A DNA stretch of 24,915 bases from the IMG/VR virus record IMGVR_UViG_3300011013_002753, positions 1 to 24,915 of that record; one strand, written 5' to 3'. Below the pieces are notes generated by a model that did not search any database, had not been told where the DNA came from, and saw only the letters and a program-made list of their open reading frames with translations. Below are positions 1-7,782 of this stretch, in pieces. Each line of letters begins with the position of its first letter. Position 1 is the first letter of the stretch. Source of the DNA: a virus (taxonomy: Duplodnaviria > Caudoviricetes). A program made the position numbers and the translations under genes.

Positions 1-2
1 CT

Positions 3-1211
3 TTTAACCATCTCAGGAGCAAGATAGTGTTCAAACTGTTTTTTGATTTGTTGACGTAACTTAAATTCTTCCATAAATCGAAGAAATGCAGCGATGGCCC
101 ATGCAACAAATACAGTGAGTACAGGATAACTCCAATCCACCAGTAAATCGTGTTTAGTAAATAAATGCGAACTTCCATAAAATAACCCTACTACTGTAGC
201 AGGCATTGCTACTGCTCCGAAATACCACGGAAGTAGTAATACTATAGCCATTAATAACAGTCCGAAGCCAAAAGACGCACCAAGTTCTGCAAAATTAGTC
301 CAATACGGGCGTGTAATGTTTCTACCCGTCATCATAGTTGCAAGAGCAGAACCTATTAAATCATGAGAATGTACTCTTCCTACAGGGGTTGATACAGTGC
401 TGTCTAATCCTGTAGCAGTCATACTCAGTATTACTATTTTTCCTTTAAGGTCTGGTAATTTCTCATGTAAAGCATATACTGGTGTTTTCCATTTAAAATC
501 AAGCCATATATTACCGTGTGCGTCTGTTTTAATAATTTTATATTTTGGTATTCTTACTGCTTCCACACCCGCAATACCCGTTTTCATTTGATAGGATATA
601 TCTCCTGCTGCCATTCTTAGAACTTCTAAACTTATAGAAGGATATACTTCATCTCCAACTGCGACTACTAGAGGCATGCGCCTAACTACACCATCACCTT
701 CTGGTGCAATAATCAACATACCAACTGCATTTGCGTTCTTTGCAAGTTCTGGTATTGGTCCTAACGCACCTTCATACTGGTATAACCAACCTTTCCACGG
801 TTGCCCTACTTTAGCAACTCCCCTTGTTACAGCAGTGTTAACATCGTCATTAGTCGGTATTTGTCCTATAATTGTAGGACTGCGTTTTAATGTTCTTGCG
901 AGAACTGCGTCTTTTCCGAATCGATCCTTGTCTGCAAAAAGGATGGGAAGAACAACCAAACCAGCACCTTGCTGATAGAGTTTGATAATTTCGACTGACA
1001 GCGTATTTCTATCCCAAGGCCACTGTCCTTTTGATCCAATTGTTTCATTATTAATTTCTACTGTTACTAAATTTGAAAGACTTTGTGTTACTTGATTTCT
1101 TTGGTGTTGGTCTAGTGCTTTCATTCGTACCATGTCCAGAAACCACGGGTTTAAAAAGTGAATACCAGATAAAACTAAGATAGCTAAGATAGAGACAATC
1201 CATTTTTTCAT
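3..1211 (-). CDS. CHASE2-domain membrane protein, probable adenylate/guanylate cyclase (3' part beyond the window edge)
   Basis: Not in the ORF track; translated by hand from ATG 1211, which overlaps the upstream stop as ATGA. MKKWIVSILAILVLSGIHF (TM), then CHASE2 motifs GQWPWDR, LPILFADKDRFGKD, APEGDGVVRRMPL, YPSISLEVLR, TDAHGNIWLDF, LKGKIVIL, STPVG, three TM segments, then RQQIKKQFEHYLAPEMVK, the helix that typically precedes a class III cyclase domain. Confidence 0.88.
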   Translation of the reverse strand, partial: MKKWIVSILAILVLSGIHFLNPWFLDMVRMKALDQHQRNQVTQSLSNLVTVEINNETIGSKGQWPWDRNTLSVEIIKLYQQGAGLVVLPILFADKDRFGKDAVLARTLKRSPTIIGQIPTNDDVNTAVTRGVAKVGQPWKGWLYQYEGALGPIPELAKNANAVGMLIIAPEGDGVVRRMPLVVAVGDEVYPSISLEVLRMAAGDISYQMKTGIAGVEAVRIPKYKIIKTDAHGNIWLDFKWKTPVYALHEKLPDLKGKIVILSMTATGLDSTVSTPVGRVHSHDLIGSALATMMTGRNITRPYWTNFAELGASFGFGLLLMAIVLLLPWYFGAVAMPATVVGLFYGSSHLFTKHDLLVDWSYPVLTVFVAWAIAAFLRFMEEFKLRQQIKKQFEHYLAPEMVK

Positions 1212-1696
1212 TGTTTCCTCAACTGTTTTTGTGTCTTTTCTACTGTTTGTTGTACTAACACTCTTATTAATTCTTTAATAGATAACACTTTATACATACT
1301 ACCTTTTACACCTTGTTCCCATGTTCTAACAAAAGGGTGCCTATTATCAATCATATATTTATCGTCTACTTTAACAACCATATGAAGTTTATTACCAGAA
1401 ATTTTTGGAATACGAACAATTACAGTGGTTACTTTATGTCCTTTTTCTTTTAATAAATCTCTTATAGTATAAGCAAAATCGTCGCAATCACCTTTAAAAG
1501 TTTTTCCTTCTTTAACTTGTTTAGCAAAACTTATTTTACGATCTTCACCGTATTGATCTTCGTCACTAACATATTCAAATTTTCTAAGTGTATCTAAAAG
1601 TACTTGATCTAAAGGTTCATTAACTGAAGCTCTAGTAGTGCAACCCCAGAATAGAAAGGTGAAACTAAGTAAACTTGCTGTAATTTTTTCATCCAT
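1208..1696 (-). CDS. Transglutaminase-like cysteine protease (BTLCP/LapG-like), probable lipoprotein
   Basis: FEYVSDEDQYG, GDCDDFA (catalytic Cys), LHMVV (His), MIDNR (Asp). The N-terminal hydrophobic stretch ends in lipobox-like FWGC. Confidence 0.75.
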   Translation of the reverse strand: MDEKITASLLSFTFLFWGCTTRASVNEPLDQVLLDTLRKFEYVSDEDQYGEDRKISFAKQVKEGKTFKGDCDDFAYTIRDLLKEKGHKVTTVIVRIPKISGNKLHMVVKVDDKYMIDNRHPFVRTWEQGVKGSMYKVLSIKELIRVLVQQTVEKTQKQLRKQ

Positions 1697-1705
1697 AAAA
1701 TCTTT

Positions 1706-3166
1706 TCATTGAGTGCCTTGCGTTACGTTTATTGTACAACCTAATGCGTTGCTACATGTATTATTTAATTCATAGTGTTGATCTGTGTTTCCTTGTTGTA
1801 ACAAGTCGAAGTCGGTGCTATAACCACTTAAAGTAACTCTAGCAGCATGATCACCTTGATCTTTTTGTGTTATAGTTACATCATGTCCATTGTCATTCAA
1901 TGTTAAATCTAAATACATTAATCCTATATTTTGTTGAGTAAGAAGTAAAGTATTACTACCACTATTAACATCTAGAAACATACTTTTTTGTCCATTATTT
2001 TTTTGTATCGCTGTTATATTGTTACTATTACCATCTAAGTCTAAATTAAAAAAATGTTTAGATAAAGTTCCATAATCTTTTTGATCTAAACTTATTACGT
2101 TTGAATTGCCTGTAACATCAATAATAGCTTTATGACTTCCTATATCGCTATTTCTATCACCTTGTTTAACAGTTAGTTGATTACTATTTCCACTTATAGC
2201 TAACCCTAGCCCGTTACCTCCGCTAACTCCAGTAGTAGTTACATTACCTTGATAAACTGTCAGAGTTATACTATCTCCTGCTATAACTGCTGGTCCGTCC
2301 CAGTCTATGTCCATAATAAAATTATTTTCGCCACCTTGTTTAATATCAGAAGTAAAATTAGCGCCACTTTGAGTTATATAAACAGTACTTTTCGTAACGG
2401 TCTTATTAATTGCTGCATTTTTTATTGTTGATTGACTTGTTGTTATAGAAATAGATACTGCGGTATTATAAGTACTGGCAAGCATAGTACGTAATGCGTT
2501 CATAAAGTTTTTATTATTATTTGTGTAGTAACTACTATGAGATGCATAATTAATATCAGTAATTACAACAACTTTTCCAGTGTAACTACTATCTAAATCA
2601 CTACCGTACCAAACAGCTGCTACTATATTACCATTACTATCTTTTGCTAGCCAGGTTCCGTCACCAACTGAAGTTAACATCCCTCCTGCGGCAAAAGTGA
2701 GACTACCACTGTGACTAGCAAGATAAGATTCATTTGTGTTAAAAGTTGTAATAGAATTATTTGCATATCCTGTGCTAGTAGAACTATTATAAACTACATT
2801 TCCCCCACCTAATTCATCCTTAATAAATTCTGTTATGTTTTGGTTACGAGGATTAAGAGAAGAATGGGGGTTTTCTCCTTGAAGATAAAGTGTTCCTCCT
2901 CTTGCCAATAAAGCTTTATACGCTGTTTCTTCTGCAGAAGACAAATTATATGAATATCTTATGTCAAAAATCATTTCATAACTGGTCGTACTACTAGGAA
3001 ACGAAGTAGTAGATGTTACAGTATGTCCTGCATCTTCTAATCTATTTTTCCATTTACTATGAGTATTCCCGTAACTCTGATGATATATCAAAACATCTTC
3101 AGCATATGCTGAAGTAAAGCTATTGACGCTGACTAATAAAAATAGTGCTATTAAAACCCGCTTCAT
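1706..3166 (-). CDS. Secreted protein: N-terminal alpha/beta (GATase1/DUF4350-like) domain plus C-terminal curlin-like repeats
   Basis: Signal peptide ending AYA. The C-terminal ~230 aa has ~22-24 aa repeats of type I/L-x-(I/G)-x-G-N-S-N...I-x-I-x-Q (ISGNSNQLTVKQG, VTGNSNVISLDQK, LDGNSNNITAIQK, VNSGSNTLLLTQQ). The N-domain has LEDAGHTV...LLARGGTLYLQGE...GKVVVITD. Confidence 0.72.
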   Translation of the reverse strand: MKRVLIALFLLVSVNSFTSAYAEDVLIYHQSYGNTHSKWKNRLEDAGHTVTSTTSFPSSTTSYEMIFDIRYSYNLSSAEETAYKALLARGGTLYLQGENPHSSLNPRNQNITEFIKDELGGGNVVYNSSTSTGYANNSITTFNTNESYLASHSGSLTFAAGGMLTSVGDGTWLAKDSNGNIVAAVWYGSDLDSSYTGKVVVITDINYASHSSYYTNNNKNFMNALRTMLASTYNTAVSISITTSQSTIKNAAINKTVTKSTVYITQSGANFTSDIKQGGENNFIMDIDWDGPAVIAGDSITLTVYQGNVTTTGVSGGNGLGLAISGNSNQLTVKQGDRNSDIGSHKAIIDVTGNSNVISLDQKDYGTLSKHFFNLDLDGNSNNITAIQKNNGQKSMFLDVNSGSNTLLLTQQNIGLMYLDLTLNDNGHDVTITQKDQGDHAARVTLSGYSTDFDLLQQGNTDQHYELNNTCSNALGCTINVTQGTQ

Positions 3167-4226
3167 CAGTTCTTATCTCCGGTACTTCGACACCACCTTG
3201 GTTAATATTTATAGAATACCCATTTGTATTATTTAAAACTAAGTATATATTATTTCCGTCTACTTGTCTAATAATATGAGTTTCATTTCCTTCTATAACA
3301 GTGGTTACTAAAGTATCTGGATTTTTACCAGATGTTTGTCCGTCAATATGAATACCTTTTCCTTTTTTTGTTGCTTTTTTCACTTCATATTTTTTATTTA
3401 ACTGAGTTAAAATATTTAACAACAAATCAACATCTAGAGGGTTAATATCAAGTAATCCATATTCAAGTTCATCGTCTTCTAATTCATTTTCGTCCAATTC
3501 TTTATATTCTAATAAGTCAATGTCTAATAAATTAGCCATTTTTTTAGAATCTTTTACTATTTCAACTAATTTTTCTTTAGGAGGTCTTATAATTAACATA
3601 TTATTAATCTGATCTAATGTTAAATCTAATATTACTGGTTTAGAAGGGTTAGTTTCCGCTACACCTACAGTAGTTGCTTGAAAAGCTTTATTCATAATAA
3701 CCCTTCCTGCATCTGTTTCTACAAAAATTTCTCCAACTGACCCATCAGCATTTGGTAATAAAATTACTAAAGATTTTCCAATTTCATCTACCGTCATACT
3801 AAATGCAGTTCCACGGACTCCAATTCTAGCAGTAGGAGTTCTAATATCTACATTTTGATTATTTAACTTAGCAATATTACCACTAGCATATCTTACAGTA
3901 CCGATAGCGATATTCATTACTAATTTTGATCCTGATTTTGAATTAGGATCATAGACAAACTCGTCAATAACAAGAGAGCTTTGTGCACTTACAGCAACGT
4001 TTGTATCGTCTATAAAAGTAATTCCTAAATTACCTTTACCTGTACGAACAGTGTCTTTAAACATAATGTCCGAATTTTTGCGTAGAGTTAATTTTTTACT
4101 TTGTCTAGCGACAGAAGCTATACCTTCTTGCTTGACTACGGTTCCAATGGGTACAGCAGCTTCAGTTGTTGAAAAACTAGATAAAAAAATAATTAATAAA
4201 CTACTCTGTAATCGTAACATCAACAT
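3120..4226 (-). CDS. FecR-domain periplasmic protein
   Basis: IGTVVKQEG, DTVRTG, ITFIDDTNVAVSAQSSLVIDEFVYDP, GTVRYASG and IRTPTARIGVRGTAF are typical FecR-domain motifs. Start moved from 4262 to ATG 4226 (GGAGG upstream, gives a signal peptide). Confidence 0.85.
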   Translation of the reverse strand: MLMLRLQSSLLIIFLSSFSTTEAAVPIGTVVKQEGIASVARQSKKLTLRKNSDIMFKDTVRTGKGNLGITFIDDTNVAVSAQSSLVIDEFVYDPNSKSGSKLVMNIAIGTVRYASGNIAKLNNQNVDIRTPTARIGVRGTAFSMTVDEIGKSLVILLPNADGSVGEIFVETDAGRVIMNKAFQATTVGVAETNPSKPVILDLTLDQINNMLIIRPPKEKLVEIVKDSKKMANLLDIDLLEYKELDENELEDDELEYGLLDINPLDVDLLLNILTQLNKKYEVKKATKKGKGIHIDGQTSGKNPDTLVTTVIEGNETHIIRQVDGNNIYLVLNNTNGYSININQGGVEVPEIRTDEAGFNSTIFISQRQ

Positions 4227-4905
4227 CCATAGTACCACCTCCATTAGTAGTAATGTGAACATCTGTGTCGTGTTGACCAGATTGGTTTATGTCAAAATCT
4301 CCACTTGCTCCTGTATGATGTAATACAGTATTATGATGTCCACTACCAGAGTGGGTAATAGAAGGAGTGTTACTATTACCAATCATTGTTACCGTAGTAG
4401 TTTTATCAGAAGCAGTTGATCCTGTAGCATTTTCATTAACAATAAGAATATTACTGTCACCTGTTAGTACTGCTGTAACATTAACATCTTCAGTTGTTGC
4501 AGAACTACCAATATTATAAGTAGTGTTATTACTATCTCCTGTTGTAGTTTCAGAAATATGAACATCTGCCGCAGCAGCACTATCACCAACATTTATAGTA
4601 GCTTCGTTACTTCCGCCCTGCTGTTTAACTTCTAAATCTTCTGCACCTGAAGCGCCTGCGCCTACAAATTTTCCGTCAATTTTATTACTCGCACCTAACA
4701 TATCAATGTCAAAAGTTAAGTTAGCCCCTGTTGCCGTAAAAACTGTAGTAGAGTTACCCATTTCGTTACCGTTACCGTCTATAACTATACTTGCAGTAAA
4801 TGATGCCCCTGACTGGGTAATATAAACATCACTGTCTGCAAGTGCAGAGGTTCCAATTAACAACATGATACCTGTAAATATACTAAAAACTAGTTTATTC
4901 TTCAT
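4201..4905 (-). CDS. Curlin-like (CsgA/CsgB-type) repeat subunit, secreted
   Basis: Signal peptide ending ALA. G/N/S/T/D-rich beta repeats (IDGNGN, MLGASN, QQGGSN, TTGDSN, LTGDSN, MIGNSN, INQSG). Lies directly downstream of csgG with a strong AGGAGGAG RBS. Confidence 0.72.
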   Translation of the reverse strand: MKNKLVFSIFTGIMLLIGTSALADSDVYITQSGASFTASIVIDGNGNEMGNSTTVFTATGANLTFDIDMLGASNKIDGKFVGAGASGAEDLEVKQQGGSNEATINVGDSAAAADVHISETTTGDSNNTTYNIGSSATTEDVNVTAVLTGDSNILIVNENATGSTASDKTTTVTMIGNSNTPSITHSGSGHHNTVLHHTGASGDFDINQSGQHDTDVHITTNGGGTMDVDVTITE

Positions 4906-5719
4906 CGTTTACTCCTCCTTGGAGTGATTTAAGAGCTTTAAACTCCCATAATTTTTTTGTCTCACCTTCCTTTATAAGTTCTAAAATAGCCTGATCTATC
5001 GCTTTTCTTACAGCGTAAGATACAGACTCATTATCTGTAAATCCTGCTTCAATTTCTAATAATTTAGTTCCTGCATCTATAAATTTAAATAAATTATTAC
5101 TCATTCGGACACTAAAAATTGTTTTTTCTGTACTAATTGCTAACAAAATTTCTCCAGTAGCAACAGACACTAATCGAATTCCAATAGATACAGTATCTTT
5201 TCTATACTCACTAGATACTCCTATCCCTAATAGTCTAGCGCCTAGTCCACCTGTTCCTGTATTAGTATCGTATCCAACTATACCGCCCTCTAATATAACT
5301 CCAGCAAATAACAAAGCTCTAAGTTTTTTTGCTTTTTTACCGTCATGTGATTTTCTAGTGTTCCGTATAATTTGTCGCTCTTTTAATAAATTATCTAAAT
5401 TAACTCTCTCAACAACTTGAAACCACGAACCTTTACCTGCGCGTTTTAAAGATTGTAATATCCATATATGTGCTCCTTGTGTCACAGCCGTGCTAATCTG
5501 TGCAACATTTGCATTTGGTTTTCTTTGTCCTGTTAAATCATCAAACTTATATACTGCAATTGGAACTTTTACTTTAGGAGGACCAACTGTTTCTAACTCA
5601 TTAAGCAGAGGTTTAGAATTAACTGTTGGCGGCTCACTTAGCTCATCTGTAGTTTGACAGCCTATAAGTAAACTAAAACTTAAAATCGTTAAGAGGAACT
5701 GTAATTGTCGTATTACCAT
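4895..5719 (-). CDS. csgG: Curli secretion channel lipoprotein CsgG (CsgG/HfaB family)
   Basis: Lipobox LIGC; IAVYKFDDLTGQRKP, STAVTQGA, WFQVVER, LDNLLKERQIIR, LEGGIVGYDTN, TGGLGARLLGIG, YRKDTV, LRLVSVATGEIL, LEIEAGFTDNE. Confidence 0.95.
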   Translation of the reverse strand: MVIRQLQFLLTILSFSLLIGCQTTDELSEPPTVNSKPLLNELETVGPPKVKVPIAVYKFDDLTGQRKPNANVAQISTAVTQGAHIWILQSLKRAGKGSWFQVVERVNLDNLLKERQIIRNTRKSHDGKKAKKLRALLFAGVILEGGIVGYDTNTGTGGLGARLLGIGVSSEYRKDTVSIGIRLVSVATGEILLAISTEKTIFSVRMSNNLFKFIDAGTKLLEIEAGFTDNESVSYAVRKAIDQAILELIKEGETKKLWEFKALKSLQGGVNDEE

Positions 5720-6194
5720 CAGGACTATCTATTGTAAGGGTAACTACGTCATTTGCAATATCTTTATTATAAGCAATGGTAGTTCCCTCAAAGGTTACAG
5801 TCCCGCTACATCCTGTCCCGCCACCGTCTCCTTGAGCCACTTGGTCGGTAGGCGCGACAGAAGTACCAGAGCCGTCATAAGTTGTGCCACAGGCTTCACC
5901 GAATAGACTGTCAGTTAAATCTTTAGATAACTGAGCATATATTCGTGATTCTAAATTTTTTATAAATTTTGCGTAATTAGAATTTTGGCTGTCTCGAAGG
6001 AGCTGTCTTTCGGCTGCTTCTTTTTTCTCTCTTATAGCCGCTTTACGAGAAAATTCTTGGTTTTCAATAGTCAACCAATGAGCACTTGCTCCCTGCCCTG
6101 TGAAAGAGGGCGAAAAGAATTTAAAAGTAAGGGATTCCGCAACTGCAACAGTTGGGAATAACCATAAAAGAGTTATACATAAAAGAGTTCGCAT
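5673..6194 (-). CDS. csgF: Curli assembly protein CsgF
   Basis: Signal peptide then LTFKFFSPSFTG (CsgF N-terminal F-x-x-P-x-F-x-G), FIKNLESRIYAQLS, LFGE, and C-terminal TTITVP. Immediately upstream of csgG. Confidence 0.88.
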   Translation of the reverse strand: MRTLLCITLLWLFPTVAVAESLTFKFFSPSFTGQGASAHWLTIENQEFSRKAAIREKKEAAERQLLRDSQNSNYAKFIKNLESRIYAQLSKDLTDSLFGEACGTTYDGSGTSVAPTDQVAQGDGGGTGCSGTVTFEGTTIAYNKDIANDVVTLTIDSPDGNTTITVPLNDFKF

Positions 6195-6530
6195 TTAATT
6201 TCTCCTCGATAAATTTTTAATTTTTTCAGAATTATTATCAATTCTTTCGTCTTGTTTTGCATCCCTTTGTTTTTGCGCTCTTTCAAAGGGATCGTTTTGT
6301 TGATCTTGTATTTCAATTATTGTATTAATTTTTTGATCTAATCTAATCATGTCATTATCCAACATGCGTATTCGATCTATCAACGCAATTAAGGTAGTAG
6401 ATGCTTCGTTTAAAGATGGAAGTATAGTTGTAGTGACATACTTCCAAATATAATAAATAAAGTATGCCATACCAACAGCAACTACAGTAGGTACACCATA
6501 TTGGTTTATTGCAGCTACAATATCTTGCAT
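6195..6530 (-). CDS. Small single-TM membrane protein with coiled coil, holin-like (YvrJ/BhlA-like)
   Basis: INQYGVPTVVAVGMAYFIYYIWKY TM, then LIALIDRIRMLDNDMIRLD. Lies between the spanins and csgF. Confidence 0.55.
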   Translation of the reverse strand: MQDIVAAINQYGVPTVVAVGMAYFIYYIWKYVTTTILPSLNEASTTLIALIDRIRMLDNDMIRLDQKINTIIEIQDQQNDPFERAQKQRDAKQDERIDNNSEKIKNLSRRN

Positions 6531-6808
6531 TAGTCTTTCCTAGCATCCTCTTTACCATCAGCAGCACTTAATCTTCGAGTATCTGGTTTGACTCCCAAAG
6601 CATGACAAATTAAAGCATCTAATCGTACAATTTCATTATTAATAGTTTTTACTCTATTATCTAATGCACTAATCATACCATTTAATGCTTTTGCTTTATT
6701 AACTACTGATTCTAAAATATATTTTAGTAACAGAATGATAAAAAATCCACCACCTATTACTGCTGCAATAGAAAAGCCTAAATCTGCAATTAAGATAAAA
6801 GCATCCAT
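6530..6808 (-). CDS. Small single-TM membrane protein, paralog of the neighbour, holin-like
   Basis: IADLGFSIAAVIGGGFFIILLLKY TM, then ISALDNRVKTINNEIVRLD and a charged C-terminus. Its stop overlaps the next start. Confidence 0.55.
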   Translation of the reverse strand: MDAFILIADLGFSIAAVIGGGFFIILLLKYILESVVNKAKALNGMISALDNRVKTINNEIVRLDALICHALGVKPDTRRLSAADGKEDARKD

Positions 6809-6857
6809 TGTATTAAAAAATTACCTCTCTTTAATAAAACCCCTCACTTTCATTTTT

Positions 6858-7367
6858 TTATTTTTTCCAAAATTGTAACTGATTTACAATTTTGTTATCT
6901 TTCTTATTTTTATTTTCAATGTCCTGATTATGCTTCTTAACTTCCTTTTGTACACGCTCTTGATCCTTCTTTAACCGTTCAAGTTCTACAGTTTGCTTCT
7001 CATAATAACTTTTATAAGCAAGTATTACTGCTCTTTGTTGTTTTAATAATTGTGTAGTCCTAGCTTGATTCATTGATAGACTTTCATAGCCTTTGTCTGT
7101 AAGACCAAAAAGTACATAATCATAACCTTTTTTGTCTAACTTTGCAAAAACTTTGTCTGCCGTATCAGGAGTTATTAGTATCCACTCTAATTTATCTAAT
7201 TTTAACTCATCAACATTAGGCAAGTCTAAGGGCACTCGTTCTACGGGTGCGGTTGAAATTTCTAGTTTTTTAACAGGGGTTCCACAAGCCGTGAGGCTAC
7301 TGACCAAGATAATTGGGATTAGCCAGTTTAGGGCATGCCTTGTTAATTTGACTCCTCTTTGTTGCAT
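6858..7367 (-). CDS. Outer-membrane spanin (Rz1-like lipoprotein)
   Basis: Lipobox LTAC followed by a Pro-rich segment and a coiled coil. The 5' end overlaps the i-spanin 3' end by up to 71 nt in another frame; exact start uncertain. Confidence 0.7.
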   Translation of the reverse strand: MQQRGVKLTRHALNWLIPIILVSSLTACGTPVKKLEISTAPVERVPLDLPNVDELKLDKLEWILITPDTADKVFAKLDKKGYDYVLFGLTDKGYESLSMNQARTTQLLKQQRAVILAYKSYYEKQTVELERLKKDQERVQKEVKKHNQDIENKNKKDNKIVNQLQFWKK

Positions 7368-7782
7368 TTATTTCTTTTTCTCTCAGGGGGCTACCAGATA
7401 TAATTTCTACACATCTAATAGCATCATTAGATCCCTTAGTTACAATTTTACTAATTACTCTAGGTTTTGCCGCGCCGAGTTTACCAATATCTCTAGCACC
7501 TAACAGTTTACTCTGTTTATTAAATTTATTTCTTAAATCATCTACAGACTTTCTAGAGTCTGAAAACGCTTGTTCCACTTTTCTTTTTTGTTCTGTTATT
7601 TCGACAATATCTTTTTTATACGAGTCAATTGCTTGCTTTTGTGTTGAAACAGCAGATTCTAATTTTGCATTGTTCTCATGCAAAATAGCCATTTTTTCTT
7701 GAGTATCTGTATAATACCAATAGAAAACGCCACCTACAGCAGCCATTACAACTAACATAAGTCCCGCTAATTTGAATCCCAT
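7297..7782 (-). CDS. Inner-membrane spanin (Rz-like)
   Basis: N-terminal TM anchor, long coiled coil, C-terminal Cys residues. Directly follows the endolysin. Confidence 0.7.
   Translation of the reverse strand: MGFKLAGLMLVVMAAVGGVFYWYYTDTQEKMAILHENNAKLESAVSTQKQAIDSYKKDIVEITEQKRKVEQAFSDSRKSVDDLRNKFNKQSKLLGARDIGKLGAAKPRVISKIVTKGSNDAIRCVEIISGSPLREKEINATKRSQINKACPKLANPNYLGQ

Noticed and set aside
397-975. Plus-strand ORFs 397..591 and 676..975
   Set aside because: Antisense shadows of the CHASE2 gene, with no motifs or RBS.
3206-3213. TATAAATA (T4 late promoter consensus) 40 nt upstream of the curlin fusion gene
   Set aside because: It lies inside coding sequence, an all-AT 8-mer is expected several times by chance at this composition, and I saw none in intergenic gaps.
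6355-6567. Alternative-frame 70-aa Cys-rich ORF as a possible embedded lysis gene
   Set aside because: Out-of-frame overlap of two better genes, with no lipobox; the spanins are already accounted for.
2249-7503. Plus-strand ORFs 2249..2431, 4051..4323 and 7132..7503
   Set aside because: Entirely antisense to well-supported minus-strand genes.
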